From the human T2T-CHM13v2.0 reference genome, Homo sapiens, in assembly GCF_009914755.1 (NCBI RefSeq), contig NC_060929.1: a DNA stretch of 64,000 bases; one strand, given 5' to 3'. Below, piece by piece: positions 55,077-64,000 of the stretch. The notes below the pieces were generated by a model. It did no database searches, was not told the origin of the DNA, and was given only the letters and a program-made list of their open reading frames with translations. The position numbers and the translations under genes are program-made. Positions within the stretch are counted from its first letter, which is position 1; each line of letters opens with the position of its first letter.

Positions 55077-56044
55077 AATTGTAAGGTATCTCTAGAGGAA
55101 CCTATATTATTTTGTTTATGTAAATACTATATACCATGGACTGAAATTCCAATAGGAAATTCCAAATAAGTTCTACTAACTCTGAAACAAAACATTTCTT
55201 GGAACTGACACAGCAGATAAAGAATTTAAGGCGTGAAGTGAACATGGGTTTTATATATTGGGAAGGACATTCCCTGAGATCTTTTGAGCCTATATCTACC
55301 GTTAGCATCTGTTGGTTGACGTTTTCAGCACGGGCCTCTTCTCAGCAACATGGACACACGGGATAGATCGGTGGGGAAAGGAGGGATGTGGATGTAGTTT
55401 GTCTGCATTGCTGCAATTTGGCTGCAATGCTACTCCACTGGCACCTGCAGTAACAAAGTTCCATAGACAGAATATGACCTGGGTCTTTATCACTTGACTT
55501 TCCTGCCTCCCCCAGAGGTGGCTGAGGGCTGGACCAGATCTGAGCCCTGTACATTAAAATCCCAGGTGGGCTGAACTTCTGGAAAAGGAAGAAGAAAAAA
55601 CCTACAGACAATGTGGATCTGCAGAGACAGTGATGGAGCATGTGATTGGAGAGAAGCAGGGCAGCACCCCAGGAGCCCCAGCGAGACATGGGGAGGACAC
55701 TTTAGCTCTCTGGAAGCCCCGCCCACTTTCTGCAGCCTCAGTTGTGAGATTGCTTTGAATCTTGATGGCTAGTTCCCATTTATGTAAACTTTTCTTAGTA
55801 AAAGGTCATTTCTAGCAACCAGATAGTCCCTGATAAAGACCTCACTGTTATGACGATGTCTGTGTCCTATTAATTAAGATCCTGGGATATGCATCCTACT
55901 CCATAAACTTGACTGCATAAGAAATGTTACATTATTTTATTTCCTTGAGGTCTAATTAAATCTGACCCCGACTCCACGTTCTTGCTGAGGTAGCTGAAAA
56001 ATTGATCTCAGTTGTGAGATGAGATGGGGGGGACCTCTCTTATT

Positions 56045-56373
56045 TTATATTTTTTTGAGACAGAGTCTCACTCTGCCACCCAGGCTGGGTGCAGTGGTGC
56101 CATCTCAGGTCACTGCAACCTCTGCCTCCCAGGTTCAAGGGATTCTGTTGCCTCTTGTGAGGATCCAGTGACAAAGTGGACATAAAATCCAAAGTGGAGT
56201 AGCTTGGGACTACAGGTGTGTGCCACCACACCCAGCTAATTTTTGTATTTTTTAGTAGAGACAGGGTTTCGCCATGTCGGCCAAGCTGGTCATGAACTCC
56301 TGAGCTCAAGTGATCCCCCTCCTGAGCCTCCCAAAGTGGTGGGATTACAGGCGTGAGCCACCCGCGCCTGGCC
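56045..56373 (-). mobile_element. AluS carrying a ~40-bp foreign insertion
   Basis: TSD ggacctctcttatt / ggacccctcttctt; non-Alu segment at 56155-56196. Confidence 0.93.
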
Positions 56374-57434
56374 CAGGACCCCTCTTCTTCAGGGCAATGC
56401 ACCATCTGTGAAGCTCCCACCTGAAATCAGTCTTCAGTCCAACCTTGCAGACTTGGCTACTGCTGATCTTCTCCTCATCCCTTCTGTGGGGGCCCCTATA
56501 GGTAGGCATCTATTGTACTGCTGTGCCAGGGTCTAGCCTCCCTGAATTAAATGTGCCACTCAGCCATTTCCATTGGTCACTGAAGTTTCCACCCCCACCC
56601 AGTCCTGGTCAGTCTCCCTCTGTCTCACTGCACTCAAAGGCACTTGGCTCTCTCCCTCCCCTGCAGCATAATAACTCAAGTTCAGGCTTTTACTCAAAGC
56701 CAGAGGAGGCAGCCTGTCATTGAGTACCTTCTAGTAGCATGGGGCTAGTTTGTACTGGAGGAAGGAAGAGGGAGTATAGGAGCACAGAAAGGAAAGGCAA
56801 CACCCCACTGGTCATCATGGCAATCAGCTAGGGTGTTCCTACTGGCCACAGTACCCACTGCTTCTGGAAACCTCTCTTTTCCAGAAGGCCCCTGTGGCCA
56901 TGGAACATAGATCCCCCACTGACATTTGAGTGGGTTCCTGAAGTTATTGCCTGCAGCACAAGATCCATTTGCTCCGAGCAGTGAGAGATGGAGAGGGAGC
57001 AACTGGGCCCTAGAGCCGGGTGGTCAGCATGAGGCTCCAGCAGGATCCTGGCGGGTGGTGGCTTTCCCAGCCAGCTTCTCCGAGAGCTGCCCCAGCCCAG
57101 GCCACTGCTATTTCTCCAGGATTCTTCCTTGGGGGTAGCTCTATGATCATTTTTATTGGATGTGTCAAAATCACTTTGCTTAAACTCAAATCTGGTCTAG
57201 GTTCTCTGTTGAAATAAATCCTAAACGTCTCAATGCAGACTTCAAGGCTCTGCAAAATTCAACCTCACCCTAAATTCAAGCCTCACCCTTTCTCTCCTCA
57301 CATTCTCCTTGGGCTCCAGAATCACATACATATTATTTCTCTCTTCTCCTGGCCTTTGGTTATCCTGTGTCCCCTGCCTGGCACACAACCTCCCCAGCAG
57401 GCATTTTGGCTGACTCCAGAGCCATCCTTCAGTG

Positions 57435-57640
57435 TTGGAGAGTAGAGGGAACGGTGGCTTTGAAGTGCCCAGGTCTGGAGTCAAATGCCTGCTCTGCTAC
57501 TTGCTGGATGTGTGATCTGTTGTTCTCTGAGCCTCAAGCTTCCCATCTGTAAACTGGTTATCACTAAAGCAACTACACAGGGCTGAAGTGAGGATCCAGT
57601 GAGAAAATGGACATAAAACACAAAGTGAAGTGAGAAAATG
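57435..57640 (+). mobile_element. MIR
   Basis: tggctttgaagtgcccaggtctggagtcaaatgcctgctctgctacttgct...ctctgagcctcaagcttcccatctgtaaa. Confidence 0.8.
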
Positions 57641-58049
57641 TGCCACTCTGATATGCTGTCAGCATAGAAAACTGTCTCTTCCATTCCTTCAACAAATATC
57701 CCCTCTTTGCACTCTACCCCCAGCTGAATAAAAGCAGAGTGTAGTTTATGTAGCTTAAGAGGTGACTGACAGCTAGATTCTTGGTCAGGAGATTGCGTGA
57801 TAGAGAGTCTGAAAGTGACAGGTATCATTTATTAACACTTGCCATGTGCCCAGCACCATGTGGAATGCCCACAGATGTTACCCACTGAGTTCACACATCC
57901 CCGGGCAGGGAGGAGCTTTTTTCATTTGTCTGTTTTTATGAACAACAAAAAAGAGGCTCAAAGAGTTTAAGTGACTTATCCAATGTCACTGCAGTTAAAA
58001 CACACACACACACACACACACATCCACACACATGTACATATATACACTT

Positions 58050-58374
58050 ATTTTTTAATTAATTAATTAATTAACTAATTATTTATTTTTGAGACAGAGT
58101 TTCACTCTTCTTGCCCAGGCTGGAGTGCAAAGGCATGATCTTGGCTCACCACAACCTCGCCTCCCCTGTTCAAGCGATTCTCCCGCCTCAGCCCACCAAG
58201 TAGCTGGGATTACAGGCATGTGCCACCACGTCCAGCTAATTTTTTTGTATTTTTAGTAGAGACGGGGTTTCTCCATGTTGGTCAGGCTGGTCTCGTACTT
58301 CCGACCTCAGATAATCCACCCACCTCAGCCTCCCAAAGTGCTGGGATTACAGGCGTCAGCCACCGCGCCCAGCC
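58050..58374 (-). mobile_element. AluSp-like
   Basis: gagtttcactctt, ctcaccacaacc, tttctccatgttggtcagg; TSD catatatacactt (58037-58049 / 58375-58387). Confidence 0.95.
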
Positions 58375-59184
58375 CATATATACACTTCTATACACCCTTC
58401 CACCCCACATCCCTTCACAGTCTCACACATACTCACACACTCATACATACACACAGGCACTCTGTCTCACACACTTTCACATACACACATGCGAGGAAAA
58501 GGATATACGGGAGATTGGACCTTGGTTGGCTCAGAAAAAGCAAGAAGCCATGAATAGCAAAAAGGACAAGCAACACCCATCCAGTCCCAACCAAGGGTGG
58601 CAAAGCAGGCTGAATGCAGGAGTCCTGGCTGCTATTTCTGACACTGCTATGCTGAGGAAAGAGTTTTGGGCATGATGATGCTGTTGTTTCATTGGTGCTT
58701 AAGGGGCTGCTTTCTCCCCTGAAACGATCTTCCTATTCACAGCAGTCCCAGATAATCAGACACTGGCAAAGAACATGTGCCCAAAACATGGTGGTGAGTT
58801 TTTATGAGGGAGGCGAATACCACTCCCTTGTCTCAGGACATTCCAAACCTTCGCCTTATCTGACTTAAGCAGCACAGACACGCTCTGGCGGATCGGTGGA
58901 ATACTCCTTGGATTCCTACATTTAACCTTGCTCTCTCAGTCCCTGTGGTTTTGTTGATTGCACACACACCTTTCGTTTCCATGGACCACAGGGTACATGT
59001 TACTCTTGGAAATGTTATATTAAATTTGACAAATAAATGAAATTTTTAAAATGCTGCCTGTGAATGCCTGTGAGCATTTTAGTGTTTCAGACACGTACTC
59101 ACTTAGAAGTGGTGATTAGGCCTGTGCCCAACAGGCTGGGCCATCTGCAGTGTTATTCATCCTTCATTCAAAAATGTTTATTGA

Positions 59185-59480
<296 letters not shown>

Positions 59481-59659
59481 AAATATTTGTTGAGCACCTA
59501 GCATAAGCAGGACACCGTTATGGGCCTGTGATGACAATCGAATGCCAAACAGGCAAGGCTCCTGTATCCAAGGAGATGACCGGAGGGAGACAGAAAACAA
59601 GTCAGCAAACAAAGCAATGAGCAAAATCATTTCAAGCAGTGGTGTGTTAGAGACACAAT

Positions 59660-60484
<825 letters not shown>

Positions 60485-60673
60485 TAACTGGGTGGAGATG
60501 GAGAGTGAGTGAATGCACCTGAGATGGCTGTGGAAGGCCTCATTGGGAAGGGACATTGGAGCAGAGTGGAGAGAGGTCAGGCAGGAGAGCTAGGTTGGGG
60601 GGAGGCAGTTGCATGTGGGGCCTCGAGGCCAGAGCAGGGAGTGTGACTCTTATTCTAAGCAGCAGACAAATTA

Positions 60674-61159
<486 letters not shown>

Positions 61160-61489
61160 TCATATCTCAGCCCATTTGCCCCTGCCTGGTCACATGTTGG
61201 ATCAGCAGGTCACACGTTGGGAAAGGAAGATGAGGAAATCAGAGTGTTGAAATCCACTGTGGCTGTGCATGGCAAAGGCTCTGCCCTGTTGGGGAATGGG
61301 GCGTGGCCCATGCTGCCCCTTGGACCTAAGCCTCATTCACTCAGCTTGCCATGGGAGACACTGGCGCAGGGGTCTGTGGGCAGGGGCCAAGGGTGGGCAG
61401 GGTGGTGGTTTCCAAGGGCATTGGCCTGAGGGTCAGCAGAGCTGGCTCAACCCCAACTCTGATGCCAGCGGCACGCCTTGAATGAAGGA

Positions 61490-61670
61490 GCTCACCTCCC
61501 TCAGTCTCAGTTTCTCCATCTGTAAAAGGAGGATAATAACGGTTCTTACATTGCAAGGTCATTGTAAGGGTTCAACAGGATAATGCGTCTTAAGCTTTTA
61601 ACACTGTATCCAGCTCAGGATAAACTCTCAGTAAAGGATAGTTATCATCATTATCATCATCATTATTTTA
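61490..61670 (+). mobile_element. MIR
   Basis: ctcagtttctccatctgtaaaaggaggataataac...attgtaagggttcaacaggataatgc. Confidence 0.75.
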
Positions 61671-62027
61671 CTATTCTAGATCTAAAATATTTACTCCATC
61701 TGCCCCAGGCACATTAAGATCATAAGACCTTCCCATCTAAACTTGTAAGTCCCTTTGATTAGTGAGGTTGGCTACCATTTAATACTCTGGGAGAATTTTG
61801 CGGGCAGTGTTTGGATCTTCTTCATCATTCTCTTCTCCTTCAAGTCACACAGTAGGCATTCCTGTCTGTGGTGACTCTACACCTTCATTTTTGTGGATAG
61901 CACTCAGAATTCCTGGAGTTACCTGTTCGGTGTCTGTGTTTCCTGCCAGAGGTGCTCTATTTAGGTGGGACCACCCCTCCCTTGGCTATCGTTGTGTTAA
62001 TAGTGGACAGATTAAGAATCCAGACTT

Positions 62028-62328
62028 GGCCAGGTGCAGTGGCTCACACCTGTCATCCCAGCACTTTGGGAGGGCTAGGAGGGAGTATTGCTTGAGCCTA
62101 GGAGTTTGAGACCAGCCAGGGTAACATAGGGAGACCCCATCTCCACAAAAAATTAAATATTAGCCAAGCATGTTGGCATGTGTCTATAGTCCCAGCAACT
62201 TGGGAGGCTGAGGTGGCAGGATCACTTGGGCCCCAGGGGGTTGAAGCTGCAGTTAGCCAAGATCACACCACTGCACTGCAGCCTGGGTGACAGAGTGAGA
62301 TCCTGTCTCAAAATAAATAAATAAATAA
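62028..62328 (+). mobile_element. AluJ
   Basis: gtattgcttgagcctaggagtttgag...aacatagggagacccc; TSD aatccagactt (62017-62027 / 62329-62339). Confidence 0.95.
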
Positions 62329-62346
62329 AATCCAGACTTCAGTATA

Positions 62347-63005
<659 letters not shown>

Positions 63006-63581
63006 TATATCCAAAATAATTGAAAGAAAGGACTCAAACAGATACTTGTACACAAATGATCATAGCAACACTCTTCACAATAGCCAGAAGGAGGAAGCAA
63101 CCCAAGTGTCTATTGACAGATGAGTCGATAAACAACATGTGGTATATCCATACGATGGAATATTATTTAGCCTTAAAAAGGAAGAAAATTCTGATAACGT
63201 GCTGCAATGTGGATGAAAATTGAGGGCACTACGCTAAGTGTAGTGCAATCTCGGGTACTATGATAAGTCAGTCACAAAAAGACAATTGAGGGTACTACGA
63301 TAAGTCAGTCACAAAAAGACAAATGTTGTATGATTCCACTTATATAAGTAGTCAAACTCAAAGAGACAGAAAGTAGAATGGTGGTTGCCAGGGCTGGGCG
63401 AGGGGACGTGGAGAGTTGTTTCATACATATGTCTCAGTTTTGCAAGATGTAAGAGTTCTGGAAGTGGGTCGCACAACAATGCGGGTACACTTAACACCAC
63501 TGAGCTGTACACTCAAAAATGGTTATGATGGTGAATTTCATGTTATGTGTTTTTTTTTAAACTACAATTTTAAAAAAGAAA
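63006..63581 (+). mobile_element. L1MB-type 3' end
   Basis: ttgaaagaaaggactcaaacagatacttgtacac...gagacagaaagtagaatggtggttgccaggg...cactgagctgtacactcaaaaatggtt; A-tail. Confidence 0.92.
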
Positions 63582-64000
63582 AAGAATCTGGACTTTTGAG
63601 AAGAGAGGCCTGGGTTACAACCTGAACTCTGATGTAAATGGAAAGAACAACGTTACCAGTCTCTTGGGGTGAACCTGAGTCTTGCATGCGATACTAATGT
63701 AAAATCCAGTGCCTGATACGTGGTATGTACTTAACAAATGTTATATCTTTGCTTGTATTATCCTGAATGCTCAATAAACATCGGTTGAAATAAATGAATG
63801 AAACAAATGTTTAAAAAGGTAACAGCACTCACTCTTCAAAGGAGGCTTTGTGTTGGGAGCTATTGTTGGGCCTCTCCAGTGCTGAATCCAGGAGTCCCAT
63901 CTTGACTGTCGGTGGCCTTTGTTGCAGTTGTTCCTTCTTTTCTTCCTGAAACCTTTTCTTCACCTGGCTTCAGGGACAGGACTCTCTCTTGGTTCTCCTT

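Noticed and set aside
54855-55825. Possible ancient LTR around the AT-rich hairpins (ends gcaaccagatagtccctgataaagac)
   Set aside because: Only the 3' end resembles ERVL-type LTR termini; I cannot assign a family or boundaries.

Overview
Primate (very probably human) non-coding genomic DNA, intergenic or deep intronic. I can support no protein-coding exon, tRNA, rRNA or CRISPR array; the listed ORFs are spurious frames through Alus, LTRs and microsatellites. The window is repeat-dense. It holds about 26 Alus (J, S and Y ages, many with readable target-site duplications), numerous MIR and L2 relics, and L1M 3' ends. It also holds solo LTRs (MLT1A0/B/D/F/H/J-K-like, MER4-type, LTR33-like) and DNA-transposon fossils (MER20 x2, MER53 x2, MER58A, MER81, MER113-like, MER115, MER2, Tigger2a, MADE1). 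Subfamily names come from my recall of consensus sequences and need RepeatMasker/Dfam confirmation. I found no evidence of a new biological system. The most interesting signals are mutational and structural: (1) a 40-bp templated insertion inside an Alu, matching a MIR 1.4 kb away; (2) a thrice-copied target site recording a five-element nested insertion history with opposite-strand CpG decay; (3) a quasi-palindrome template switch in an Alu; (4) a MADE1 miR-548-type hairpin with a compensatory change; (5) an AT-rich double hairpin; (6) a 213-bp pure purine tract with (GGAA)12. There are also a few candidate regulatory elements, the best being a CpG-retaining segment with a CTCF-like motif at about 29.5-30.1 kb.
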